This document shows, piece by piece, positions 49,837 through 63,698 of a stretch of DNA of 64,000 nt; the stretch's first letter is position 1; every line of letters begins with the position of its first letter. The position numbers were made by a program, and so were the translations under genes. The notes beneath the pieces were generated by a model. It worked only from the letters and a program-made list of their open reading frames with translations, had not been told where the DNA came from and searched no databases. Source of the stretch: Kofleriaceae bacterium (GTDB taxonomy: Bacteria; Myxococcota_A; Polyangia; Haliangiales; Haliangiaceae); contig JBKJLC010000058.1 of assembly GCA_046597055.1 (NCBI GenBank), positions 1-64,000 on the forward strand. Direction: 5' to 3'.

Positions 49837-50999
49837 CCCGCGACTCCAACCGGCGACGCGCCGGCGAGCACCTCGACCAGCGCGCCGATCACGCGCGGCA
49901 GCTGCGCCTCGGCCGCGATCGACACCCGGAGACACGTCGGCAGGCCCCACGCCGACATCGGCCGCACGATCACGCCGCGGCGCAGCAGCGCGTCGTAGCT
50001 CGCCGCGGTTGGGCGCCCGGCCTCGACCAGGACGAAGTTGGCCAGCGACGGATAGACCAGCACGCCATGGGCGCCGAGCTCGGCGCACATGCGCTCGACG
50101 CCGAGCCGCCCGAGCGCGGCCGAGCGCTCGACGTGCTCGGTGTCGCCGAGCGCCGCCTGGGCCGCGACCTGGGCCAGCGAGCCGACGTGGAAGGTGCGTC
50201 CGACCCGCCCGAGCAGGTCGACCACGCCGGGGTGGGCGATGCCGTAGCCGATGCGCAGGCCAGCCAGGCCGTAGATCTTCGAGAACGTGCGCAGCACCAC
50301 CACCCGCGGGTCGCGCCGGGCCATCGCCACGCCGTCGACGTGATCGATCTCGGGCCAGCGCGCCGCATACTCGGCGTAGGCCTCGTCGATCACGAGCAGC
50401 GCGTGCTCGGGCAGCGCCGCCAGCACCTGCTCGACCGCGGCCGCGGTCCACACCGCGCCGGTCGGGTTGTTGGGGCTGCCGATGATCACCAGCCGGGTGT
50501 GGCTGGTCATCGCCGCGCACAGCGCGTCGACCTCGGCGCCGCGCGGCGTGGCCGCGGTGGTGACGAACCGGCGACCGGCGACCTGCGCCGCCAGCCGGTA
50601 GCTGAGGAAGCCGAGGTCGGGCGACAGCACCTCGTGGTCGGGCCCGACCAACGCGAGCACGAGCTGGTAGATAAGATCGTTCGAGCCGGGCGCGATCGTG
50701 ATCGCGCGATCGGACACGCCCCAGTGCGCAGCCAGCGCGCGGCGCAGCGCGAACCCGCTGGCGTCGGGATAGAGGTGCAGCCCGCCGAACATGCCCTGCA
50801 GCGCGGCGATCGCCTTGGGCGACGGCCCCAGCGGGTTCTCGTTCGACGCGACCTTGATCGCGCCGGTGATGCCGAGCTCGCGCTCGAGCTCCTCGACCGG
50901 CTTGCCGGGCTGGTAGGCATCGAGCGACCGCACGTGCGGCGGTGCCAGCTCGGACAGCCACTGGTCGAGGGTGGCCGGATCGTCCAGTCGCTTGGGCAT
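49833..50999 (-). CDS. hisC: Histidinol-phosphate aminotransferase
   Basis: YQPGKP, KVASNENPLGPSP, PNNPTG, DEAYAEY, RTFSKIYGLAGLRIGY. Confidence 0.95.
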   Translation of the reverse strand: MPKRLDDPATLDQWLSELAPPHVRSLDAYQPGKPVEELERELGITGAIKVASNENPLGPSPKAIAALQGMFGGLHLYPDASGFALRRALAAHWGVSDRAITIAPGSNDLIYQLVLALVGPDHEVLSPDLGFLSYRLAAQVAGRRFVTTAATPRGAEVDALCAAMTSHTRLVIIGSPNNPTGAVWTAAAVEQVLAALPEHALLVIDEAYAEYAARWPEIDHVDGVAMARRDPRVVVLRTFSKIYGLAGLRIGYGIAHPGVVDLLGRVGRTFHVGSLAQVAAQAALGDTEHVERSAALGRLGVERMCAELGAHGVLVYPSLANFVLVEAGRPTAASYDALLRRGVIVRPMSAWGLPTCLRVSIAAEAQLPRVIGALVEVLAGASPVGVAG

Positions 51000-51088
51000 G
51001 GTGCGGTGTGGCGGCAATCTACTATAGTCCCGGAATGCCGTGACCACCTGCGTCGGTCCGTCGTAGGCCGAACGCAGTTGCGGCGACC

Positions 51089-52498
51089 ATGACCCTCCCT
51101 CGCCTGTCCGCATCACCCCACATGCGCCCACGCGCCCGAGCCCGCGTCACCGATCGCAGGTGGGGCTGGACTGCGCTCACCCTGATCGGCCTCGCGCTGA
51201 TCGTGCTCGTGCTCACCCCGTCCGACGCCTGGGCCGGCGAGGTCGACGAGTTCGAGAAGTCGCGCTCGCAAGGCTGGCTGTGGGCGTACCTCGCCACCTT
51301 CGGCGCGGGCGTCATGACCTCGCTGACCCCGTGCGTCTATCCGATGATCCCGATCGTGGTCGGCATCTTCGGCGGGCGCGGCAAGGACGTCTCGCGCGGC
51401 CGCGCGATCCTGCTCGCCACCCTCTACGTGGTCGGCATGGGCCTCACGTTCGCGCTGCTGGGCACGCTGTTCGCGCTCATCGGCGGCTCGGCCGGCGCGC
51501 TGCTCGCCAACCCGGCCGTGATCATCCCGATCGTGATCCTCTATCTCGTGCTGGCGACCTCGATGTTCGGCGCCTTCGAGCTGCAGCTGCCGTCCGCGCT
51601 GCAGCAGAAGCTGTCGGGCGTCTCGGGCGACGGCGTCGGTGGGGCGTTCGCGATGGGCCTGGTCGGCGGCTTCACCGCCGCGCCATGCACCGGCCCGTTC
51701 CTGATCGGCATCCTCGGCTTCGTCACCAAGACCGGGTCCGTGGCGGTCGGCTCGACGCTCCTCTTCACCTACGCGATCGGCATCGGCGTCCTGTTCTGGG
51801 GCCTCGCCGCCTTCACCATCGCCATGCCCAAGAGCGGCGCATGGATGGAATGGATGAAGTCGATCGGCGGCGTCGCGCTGGTCGCGGCCGCGATCCACTT
51901 CCTGCGGCCGCTGGTGCCGTGGCTCGACGAGGCGGTGCATCCGTCGTGGTTCTTCATGGTCGGCGCCGTCCTGGCCGTCCTCGCCGGCCTCTCGCTCGGC
52001 GCGATCCACCTGTCCTTCCACGATCGCGTCGCGATCCAGGCCCGCAAGGCCCTGGCGGTCGCGGTGACCGTGGTCGCGCTGACCGCCAGCATCTCGTGGA
52101 TCCTCCACGTCGACCGCCACCTGCCGTGGGTCAAGGGCGACGAGGGCGCCGCGTTCATCCAGGCGCGGCGCGAGGGCAAGGGCGTGATGATCGACTTCTG
52201 GGCGACCTGGTGCACGCCGTGCAAAGAGCTCGAGCTGACGTTCGCCAAGTCACCGGTGTACGAGACGATCGTCGACAACTTCGTGCCGCTGAAGTTCGAC
52301 CTGACCCACCAGACCGACGCGGACGACGCCATCCTGAAGAAGTACGGGGCCGGCACGCCGACCGTCCTGTTCCTCCACGCCGACGGCACGGTGCTCGCGG
52401 ATGTGCGCGACCCCCTCGGGCCTGCCGCGTTCATGAAGGTCCTCGCGCCCGCCGCGGAGCAGATCAAGCTGCGCCGTCAGACCGCCCGCACGCCCTGA
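51089..52498 (+). CDS. dsbD: DsbD/CcdA transmembrane domain fused to a C-terminal thioredoxin
   Basis: SLTPCVYPMIP, AAPCTGP, DFWATWCTPC; start uncertain (51089 or 51122). Confidence 0.88.
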   Translation: MTLPRLSASPHMRPRARARVTDRRWGWTALTLIGLALIVLVLTPSDAWAGEVDEFEKSRSQGWLWAYLATFGAGVMTSLTPCVYPMIPIVVGIFGGRGKDVSRGRAILLATLYVVGMGLTFALLGTLFALIGGSAGALLANPAVIIPIVILYLVLATSMFGAFELQLPSALQQKLSGVSGDGVGGAFAMGLVGGFTAAPCTGPFLIGILGFVTKTGSVAVGSTLLFTYAIGIGVLFWGLAAFTIAMPKSGAWMEWMKSIGGVALVAAAIHFLRPLVPWLDEAVHPSWFFMVGAVLAVLAGLSLGAIHLSFHDRVAIQARKALAVAVTVVALTASISWILHVDRHLPWVKGDEGAAFIQARREGKGVMIDFWATWCTPCKELELTFAKSPVYETIVDNFVPLKFDLTHQTDADDAILKKYGAGTPTVLFLHADGTVLADVRDPLGPAAFMKVLAPAAEQIKLRRQTARTP

Positions 52499-52548
52499 CC
52501 CGCGCGCGCTTAGACTTCGCGGTGCCCAGCCCTCAGGATCCTGCACAC

Positions 52549-52688
52549 CTTTCCCGGTGTCCCTGAGCCAGGGCGAGCGCACGCGAGCCCGCCGCCTCCG
52601 GGCCGCCCGTCGAAGATCCCGTGCGGCACCTTGGCGCGCTGCCCTTCGACCCGGCGCCTGCGGCGCCGGCTCAGGGCCACCGGGAAAG
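52549..52688. repeat. REP/REPIN-like inverted repeat element
   Basis: CTTTCCCGGTGTCCCTGAGCC (52549-52569) is the reverse complement of 52668-52688 with one mismatch; inner GTCGAAG/CTTCGAC pair and side hairpins. Confidence 0.8.
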
Positions 52689-52724
52689 ATGAGCGCTTCC
52701 GATCACACCCGCAGCCGCTGCCAG

Positions 52725-55622
<2,898 letters not shown>

Positions 55623-55709
55623 GGCGGGAGGAAACTAGCAGGTCGCGCCGACCGCGGGGCCGCGGCGATCCGTCTCACATCCGAGATCGGCCGAGCCGCC
55701 CGAGCGTCG

Positions 55710-56216
55710 TCAGCCGCGGGTCGGCTCGCGCATGAACGCGAACAGCCGCTCGGGCGGGTCGGCCAGCTCCATCGGCGCCTGGCAGCGACCGCAGGCCATC
55801 GGCGGCGGGCGCATGGAGGCCAGCTCGGCCCGGTGCTCCTCGACGTCGAGCAGCTCGCTGCTCTCGGTGCCACAGCGCTCGCACAGATAGGGCGCGTGGA
55901 ACGAGCGGACCCGGCCGCCGCCGCGCACCGCCGGGATGAAGCACATCTGCTCGATCAAGAGCCCCGAGCACCGATCGTGGATCAACGCGGCCCCGGCGCG
56001 GACCAGCAGGGCCACGAAGTGCATCCACTCGCGGATCCCGATCGAGTTGATGAAGTCGATGCCGGCGCTGTCGAGGATGACCACCCGCGCCGCCCAGTCG
56101 TTGACGTGGAGGGTCAAGAGCGCGGTCTCGTCGAGCCGCCCCGAGATCACCAGCCAGCGCTCCTCGGTGTCGCCCGCGACGGAGACGGTGAGGCGACCGA
56201 GGGCATGCGTCGACAT
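55710..56216 (-). CDS. STAS-like domain with C-terminal CxxC...CxxC zinc ribbon
   Basis: LVISGRLDE...VILDSAGIDFINSIGIREW (STAS serine motif); YLCERCG...CGRC. Confidence 0.7.
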   Translation of the reverse strand: MSTHALGRLTVSVAGDTEERWLVISGRLDETALLTLHVNDWAARVVILDSAGIDFINSIGIREWMHFVALLVRAGAALIHDRCSGLLIEQMCFIPAVRGGGRVRSFHAPYLCERCGTESSELLDVEEHRAELASMRPPPMACGRCQAPMELADPPERLFAFMREPTRG

Positions 56217-56378
56217 CGCCGGGGAGGGTGGCGCGCCGAACCCGCCGCGTCAACGGCAACTGCGGTCGCGTCGGAGGCTGTGATTCCTTCGAATCACACC
56301 TCCCTTTCGATCGGTCGGCCGCGGCCCGGAGGCCGCGCCCGATCTGTACGGATCCAGAGGCGCCGCGCTCCGATCGGC

Positions 56379-57986
56379 TCAGTACGCGACGCCCAGGCTC
56401 GCCGACCCGCTGATCCAGCGATCGGCCGCCCCGCCGACGTCCTGGTCGGGGTCGCCGTCGCGGTTGTTGGTCTGGTTGCCGTTGCCGGTGAAGTCGTAGC
56501 CGATCAGGCAGTAGCTGCCGCGCAGGCGCAGGAGGACCATCGACGTGATCGCGACGTCGATGATGCCCTCGGCCTCGAAGCCGGTGATCTTCGCGGCGCC
56601 GTACTCGCGCTGATCCTGGATCGCGCCCGCCGACTGGAACAGCATGCCCTTGCCGACCGCGGCCAGCGCCAGCCGCTCGGTCCCGAGCGGGACCCGCAGC
56701 ATCAGCGACGGCTCGTACAGCCGGTAGTCGACGTCGGGCAGATCGAGCGCGGTGCCGTCGGGCAGCCCGCCCCGATCGACGATGAAGGCGCGCCGGCCGT
56801 AGCCGACGCCGAGCGCGATCGACGGTCGGTTGGCCTTCGACCCGAACGCGTAGCGCAGCTTGCCGCCGACCACCCAGCGCATCTGCCGGGTCGGCATCGC
56901 GACGTTCATCGCCTCGCTGGTGCGGGTGGTGAGCGAGATCACCCGGTCATACTCGAAGAACACGCCGATGCCACCGGCCACGTGCTGGGGCTTCAACAGC
57001 GCGATCGGGAAGGCCTCGACCACGAGGTGCCCGGCCGGGACCGGCGCGCCGCGGTAGCCGTTGGGCGCCTGCTGGAAGTCGTCCTGGGTGTCGAACGTCA
57101 GCCGGCGCGACATCGCGGTCGACCCGACCTCGAGCAGGACGCCGGCGCGCCGCAGCTCGCGGCCGGACCTGGCACGGCGGCGGACCCGGGGCTCGGCCTC
57201 GTCGGAGGCGGCAGCGCGGTCGTCACGCTCAGCGTCAGCGGCGTCGGCAGCTTCGTCACCGTCGGCCGCGGCCGCGCCCTCCTCGTCGTCACCCTCGGTG
57301 CCGAGCGGGTCGTCCTCGTCGTCGCGGCCACGGTCGCGGTTGCGGACCTTGGCCGGGGCTTCGTCGGCCGCGTCGGCGTCCTCGTCGTCGTCCGCGCGCG
57401 ACCCCGGCTTGGCCTTGCCCTTCCCCTTCGCCGCCTTGCCCTTGGCCTTGGCCACCACCGGGGCCTCGTCCCCCTCGGCGTCTTCGGTGTCCCCGGGCGC
57501 CGGCTTGGCCCCCTTTCCGGCGGTGCCGATCACCTGGTCGACCACGGCCAGCAGCTGCCTGGCGACCTTCTTCTTGCCCTTCGGGCCCAGGCGCGGCGCG
57601 TCGAGCGACACGCTCATCTTCTTCTTCACCTTGCCGTTCTTGCCGCGCACGCTGATCGACAGCAGGTACCCGCCGTCCTCGCGGGTCATGATGGCGTCGA
57701 GCAGCAGGTCGGCCTCGAGCGTCCGGAGCACCTTGGCGATGCCGGCCGCCGACTCCTCGTCGTCGATGCCCTCGCGCCGGGCCGCACGCTCGAACGCCTG
57801 CGATGCGACCACCGAGTGGGTGTCGTCGATCGCGTCGGCGAGGAGCTCCTCGAGCTCGCCGGTGTCGTCCCCCTTGACCGACAGGACGACGATGCGCCCC
57901 GCATCCGCGGCTTTCGGGGCGACCGCGGCCCCGATCGCGATCACGGCCAGGAGGCCGCAGGTCTTCACCAGCTTGGTTCGGTCCAT
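56379..57986 (-). CDS. Secreted protein: N-terminal alpha/beta domain, charged linker, probable outer-membrane beta-barrel
   Basis: AGGAG RBS, signal peptide, Lys- then Asp/Glu-rich linker, alternating-hydrophobic strands, C-terminal LGVAY. Confidence 0.7.
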   Translation of the reverse strand: MDRTKLVKTCGLLAVIAIGAAVAPKAADAGRIVVLSVKGDDTGELEELLADAIDDTHSVVASQAFERAARREGIDDEESAAGIAKVLRTLEADLLLDAIMTREDGGYLLSISVRGKNGKVKKKMSVSLDAPRLGPKGKKKVARQLLAVVDQVIGTAGKGAKPAPGDTEDAEGDEAPVVAKAKGKAAKGKGKAKPGSRADDDEDADAADEAPAKVRNRDRGRDDEDDPLGTEGDDEEGAAAADGDEAADAADAERDDRAAASDEAEPRVRRRARSGRELRRAGVLLEVGSTAMSRRLTFDTQDDFQQAPNGYRGAPVPAGHLVVEAFPIALLKPQHVAGGIGVFFEYDRVISLTTRTSEAMNVAMPTRQMRWVVGGKLRYAFGSKANRPSIALGVGYGRRAFIVDRGGLPDGTALDLPDVDYRLYEPSLMLRVPLGTERLALAAVGKGMLFQSAGAIQDQREYGAAKITGFEAEGIIDVAITSMVLLRLRGSYCLIGYDFTGNGNQTNNRDGDPDQDVGGAADRWISGSASLGVAY

Positions 57987-58199
57987 GAGTGCTCCTGGTC
58001 TTGATGCAAGGCAGCGGCCGACGCCGGGTCCCCGCAAATTATCGAGAATCCTTCGTGCGGCGCCAACCCCTGGGGTGCTGAGTCCCGCCCTGGCCGGCTC
58101 GGAAAATGCCCCATGCCCCCCGGCCTCGCGCCAGGCCGCGCACAGAATGGTGGCACCAGGCCCCTTGCGCTCACGCCATGGGCGTGGCGACCTCCCGAG

Positions 58200-58694
58200 G
58201 TGACCGACCCCGTCGACCGCGAGAACCTCCGCATCACCGGCAAGCACAAGGTCGTCACCGATCCGCACGTCGACGTCCAGGGCGACGTCGTCGTGGTCGT
58301 GACCCAGGCCTACGGGCCCCGCGGCGACAACCTGGTCGGGCTGTCCGAGGTCGCCTTCGACGGCAACCCGGCGGTGACGCTCAAGTTGCGCGCATCGGGC
58401 CGCGAGGGGCTGGTCCACCTGTCGCCGATTCACGGCGACACCCGCAAGGCCGGCTTCATCGACATCGCACCGGGCACGGTCTGCGAGCTGCTGTGCCCGG
58501 TGTCGGGCCAGCCGCTCGACGAGGTCGGCGACGTCGAGGACGGCGCCGGCGCCCGCTACTTCGCGCTCTACCTCACGCCGCAGCTGTCGCGCGGCTCGAT
58601 GGTGATGGTGTCAAACGTCTGGGGTCACTACCACTCGCGGATCATCGACGACTTCGAGCTGATCTCGGCGTGGGCGGCGTCGCACCCCGAGTGA
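58200..58694 (+). CDS. Hypothetical protein
   Basis: Normal codon usage; globular-looking 164 aa (FDGNPAV, LSPIHGD, ELLCPVSGQPL). Confidence 0.75.
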   Translation: MTDPVDRENLRITGKHKVVTDPHVDVQGDVVVVVTQAYGPRGDNLVGLSEVAFDGNPAVTLKLRASGREGLVHLSPIHGDTRKAGFIDIAPGTVCELLCPVSGQPLDEVGDVEDGAGARYFALYLTPQLSRGSMVMVSNVWGHYHSRIIDDFELISAWAASHPE

Positions 58695-58784
58695 ACCGGC
58701 CCCAGCACGCGGGGACGGCGCCGATCTCGGGCCTGCGCCGGCCAGCCGTCGCCTGCCGGTGATTCGCTGGTAAGGTGCCCATCA

Positions 58785-59477
58785 ATGGGCGGGTGTACCA
58801 ACTGCGGTAGCAAACCGGGCTGCGACGACCGCAAGGGCTCGATGATGGAGTCGGTTGAGGAGGCGCTCGCGCGGCTCTACCCGACCCGCACCTGGGGCGC
58901 TCGCGACGATCGCGCGGTCGGCGACGACCCGGGCGCGGCCGAAGACGCCGCCGCGATCGCCGACGAGCTGGCGGCCGAGCTCGACGCCGCCGTCATCATG
59001 CGCACCGGCGGCCCCGACGAGTACTGCGACTTCCTCTATGTGCTGTGCGTGGGCCGGCCGCCGTGCGCGGTGCAGGTCCGCGACGCCGACGTGCCGGCCC
59101 CGGCCGAGTGGCGCGGCGCACGCATCGAGGAGCACTACCTGCGGGTCGCGCTGTCGACCATCACGCGCATGGCCGCGGTCCAGGAGGTCTCGATCACCGT
59201 GGCCGACGAGGGCGACGGCTACGTGATCCGCGAGCGCGCCCGCGCCGGCGTCTACGCGGCGCCGCTGCTGCGCCGGTTCCAGCGCCTGGTCTCCATCTTC
59301 CCCGCCTACGACATCCTGCACGTCGACATGGGCGAGATCGCGGGGCCGCCGCCGGGCTTCGCCGCCGGACCCTGGCCGGACCTGTACGTCGGGGCGCCGT
59401 CGATCGCCAACTACCTCTTCTATCCGCAGCCGACCACGATGGCGGTGACGTCATGGGTACCGGCGGAGTCGACGTGA
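58785..59477 (+). CDS. Hypothetical protein with Cys-rich N-terminus
   Basis: [18 protein letters not shown], then [14 protein letters not shown]; extended -10 just upstream. Confidence 0.75.
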   Translation: MGGCTNCGSKPGCDDRKGSMMESVEEALARLYPTRTWGARDDRAVGDDPGAAEDAAAIADELAAELDAAVIMRTGGPDEYCDFLYVLCVGRPPCAVQVRDADVPAPAEWRGARIEEHYLRVALSTITRMAAVQEVSITVADEGDGYVIRERARAGVYAAPLLRRFQRLVSIFPAYDILHVDMGEIAGPPPGFAAGPWPDLYVGAPSIANYLFYPQPTTMAVTSWVPAEST

Positions 59478-60166
59478 CCCTGGCTGACGACGTCCGCGAC
59501 GTCCTGGCCGAGCTGCGGACCCAGGTCGGCGCCCGGCGTGCGTCGGTGGTGCCCGACGCCGGCCACGACCCGCCGGTCGGCCCGCATGGCGGCGTGCGCG
59601 CCCTGCCGCTCGGCGGTGGCGCGCGCCTCGAGCTCGAGCTGGGCGCGATGGCCCACACCGACGACGAGGTCGACCTCGCGCTCGAGCAGGCGGTCCGCGC
59701 GCTGCGCTCGCTGGCGCGCGCCGCGGGCACCGCGCTGCCCGCGACGACCGTGATGGCCGATGCCGCCAACCGGCCGCTGCGGGTCATGGAGCGCATCCGC
59801 GGCTACCTCGAAGCGCTGGCCAACCTGCACGGCGCTCAGAACGCGATCGTGGTCGTGCGCGGCGCCGTGGTCAGCTCGGCGCGCCCGGTGCAAGCGCTCG
59901 AGGAGTCGCGGGCCGAGCTGCTGATCCGCCGCACCGGCGCCAACGCCAAGGTCGCCGGCGCCACCCACGGCGAGCTCGCCGACCAGGACGCCTTTGTCAT
60001 CACGTTCTGGTACGGCGCCGCGCTGATCGTCTACTTCGCCGGCGTCTACGCGACCGACTTCGTCCGCCACCGCGCGCGCCTGGTCGCGCGCGAGCTGTCC
60101 GAGCTGCTGCCCGACCTCGAGCCGGGCCCGGCCGCCCCGGCCGCCGCGCTCCGCCCGCCCGAGTGA
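59474..60166 (+). CDS. Hypothetical protein, C-terminal half roadblock/longin-like
   Basis: GTGA overlap with the upstream gene; helix-strand-strand-helix-strands-helix pattern in the C-terminal half. Confidence 0.6.
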   Translation: MTLADDVRDVLAELRTQVGARRASVVPDAGHDPPVGPHGGVRALPLGGGARLELELGAMAHTDDEVDLALEQAVRALRSLARAAGTALPATTVMADAANRPLRVMERIRGYLEALANLHGAQNAIVVVRGAVVSSARPVQALEESRAELLIRRTGANAKVAGATHGELADQDAFVITFWYGAALIVYFAGVYATDFVRHRARLVARELSELLPDLEPGPAAPAAALRPPE

Positions 60167-60188
60167 GCACGGCTGGCCCGCGGCCCGG

Positions 60189-61168
60189 TCACGGGCAGAA
60201 CGGAGCCAGCGACCGGTGGACGAAGCTATATTCGGACGGCAGCAGGAACCGGGTGCGCCGCCCGGCGCCCAGCCCGTCGTCCCCGACCGGATAAGCGGCC
60301 CACGCCCCGGCGTCGGTGAACAGCGCGACCCGGGTCCCGCCGGCGTCGACCAGCGCGCCCGCCAGGGTCATCGCGCCGTCGGCGGGCAGGTCGGGGATCG
60401 CCAGCTCGACCGGCGCGGCGCCGGCCCGGCTCGCGTAGATCGCGTGGTGATCGGTGGCCGGCCAGCCGCACGCGTCCGCGGTCGCGCTGGGCGTGATCCG
60501 GGTGACCAGCACCTCGGTCAGCGCCGGCTCGCCGGCGGTCGCGCGGACGTCCCACAAGGTCGCGCAGGGCGGCTCGCACTCGGCCACGGGCGTGACGTCC
60601 GCCCACGGCGCCGGCAACGGCTCCCGGGTCTCGGCGATCGCGAAGCCCCCATCGGCCTCCTCGGCAGCAAACCGACCGACCGCGGTCGGCATCACCAGCG
60701 AGCACGCGGTCGGGGGCGTGGCGACCAGCAGCAGCCACGCCCGATCGGTCGCGTCCGCGGCCGGTTCGCACCCGGTGGCGAGCGCGGACAGCTGGGTCCC
60801 CGGCCGCGGGTCGTCGAACGGCTCGGCCAGATAGCCAGTCACCCGGGCCAGGCACGGCGCCCCTCCCTCCCGCAGCAGCCACAGCTCGGCCGGCAGGGTC
60901 TCGTGGCCACGGTTGATGACCGCCGAGGGGTCGACCAGGCCCGGCTGCAGCGCCGGCACCCGGTTGCTGTCGGTCGGGTCGTCGGCCCACGCCCCGAGCG
61001 GCACGGCCCACGCCGCGGTCGGGTGAAGCTCGTCGGCGGCGCGCCACTCGGCGTAGCGAACCGCCGCCGCCGGCGGACATCCGTCAGCCGGGCCCTCGAC
61101 CCCGCGCAGCCCGCCGCCACAGGCAAGCGCTGCGGCACCCACGATCCCGGCGGCGAGGATCCGGCGCA

Positions 61169-61169
<1 letters not shown>
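60189..61169 (-). CDS. Hypothetical Cys-containing lipoprotein
   Basis: VRRILAAGIVGAAALAC lipobox; TAGTG overlap with the aspartokinase stop. Confidence 0.7.
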
Positions 61170-62413
<1,244 letters not shown>

Positions 62414-62633
62414 GCCCGCCGGAGGTTATCGATCGCGCGGCGGCGGCTCAAGCCTGGTCATCGACAACCGCCCGACGGATGCCGGTGAAGCCCACCCACG
62501 CTGCGACCTCCTTCCTGCGCAGTCTCGACCGGTCCACTTGCCAGACCGCCGGGGGGACGGCATCCTCTCCGCTCTTGCGCGCTCACCCCACAGCGTCTGA
62601 CCTCCGCCTCGCCTCCCGAAGGGCAGTCGCCGC

Positions 62634-63662
62634 ATGATCTGGTTCTGGATCGGATTCTTCGTCCTCGTCGCCGCGCTGCTCGCCCTCGATCTCGGGGTGA
62701 TGAGCCGTACGCCCAAGGAGCTGACGTTCGCGCAGGCGCTGCGCAAGACCCTGTGGTGGGTCTCGCTCGGCATCGGCTTCGCAGGCGTCGTCTACTTCAT
62801 CTACGAGTACAACTGGCTCGACGCCAACCCGGTCCGGGCCAACGGGCTCCAGATGACCGGGGCCGACGCCGCGATCACGTACCTGTCGGCCTACCTCCTC
62901 GAGGAGGCGCTGTCGGTCGACAACATCTTCGTCATCTCGCTGGTCTTCCGCTCGTTCCGGATCCCGAACAAGTACCAGCACCGGGTGCTGTTCTGGGGAA
63001 TCATGGGCGCGGTCGTGTTCCGGGTGACCATGCTCGGCGGCGGCGTCTGGCTGGTGACGAAGTTCGACTTCATCTTCTACTTCTTCGGCGCGTACCTCAT
63101 CTATTCCGGCCTCGGCATGCTGCGCGCCGAGGACGAGGACGCGGACCACATGGAGAAGAGCCTGGTGGTCCGGGTGATGCGCCGCTTCGTGCGCATCGTC
63201 GACGGTGACCACAGCGGCCACTTCATGGTCCGCGACAGCCACGGCCGCCGCGCGCTCACCACGCTGGCGGTCGCGCTGGTGGTGGTCGAGCTCACCGACG
63301 TCGTGTTCGCGCTCGACTCGATCCCGGCGGTCCTCGCGGTCAGCCAGGAGTCGTTCATCATCATCACGTCGAACATCATGGCCATCCTCGGCCTGCGCTC
63401 GCTCTACTTCATGCTCGCCGGCGCGATGGCTCAGTTCGACTACCTGAAGTACGCGCTGGCCGGGCTGCTGGTGTTCATCGGCGCCAAGATGATCGGCCAC
63501 AACCATGTCCACATCCCCAACCTGGCCTCGCTGGGGATCATCGCCGGCTTCATCACCGCCGGCGTGGTCGCCTCGATCATCGCCAACAGTCGCCGCGCGG
63601 CCGCCGCCCCACCCGACCCGGTCGCCCCGCCCCGGGCGCCCGACGATCCGCCCGCGCCATAG
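62634..63662 (+). CDS. TerC/Alx family membrane protein
   Basis: LALDLG, EALSVDNIFV, QHRVLFWGI, DVVFALDSIPA, SNIMAILGLRSLYF. Confidence 0.95.
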   Translation: MIWFWIGFFVLVAALLALDLGVMSRTPKELTFAQALRKTLWWVSLGIGFAGVVYFIYEYNWLDANPVRANGLQMTGADAAITYLSAYLLEEALSVDNIFVISLVFRSFRIPNKYQHRVLFWGIMGAVVFRVTMLGGGVWLVTKFDFIFYFFGAYLIYSGLGMLRAEDEDADHMEKSLVVRVMRRFVRIVDGDHSGHFMVRDSHGRRALTTLAVALVVVELTDVVFALDSIPAVLAVSQESFIIITSNIMAILGLRSLYFMLAGAMAQFDYLKYALAGLLVFIGAKMIGHNHVHIPNLASLGIIAGFITAGVVASIIANSRRAAAAPPDPVAPPRAPDDPPAP

Positions 63663-63698
63663 CGCGCGGGGCCGCACCCGGCCGCCGGCGCCGCCGGC

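Noticed and set aside
55623..55709. Glycine riboswitch upstream of gcvP
   Set aside because: The gap is only 87 bp, the -10 box sits next to the start, and no aptamer motifs are visible.
58150..58170. sigma54 promoter TGGCACCAGGCCCCTTGC before the 58200 gene
   Set aside because: The GG-to-GC spacing is 13 nt, not the required 10.
62414..62633. yybP-ykoY riboswitch before terC or lysine riboswitch before lysC
   Set aside because: Expected from gene context, but I could not find the consensus motifs, and lysC looks leaderless. An Rfam scan would settle it.
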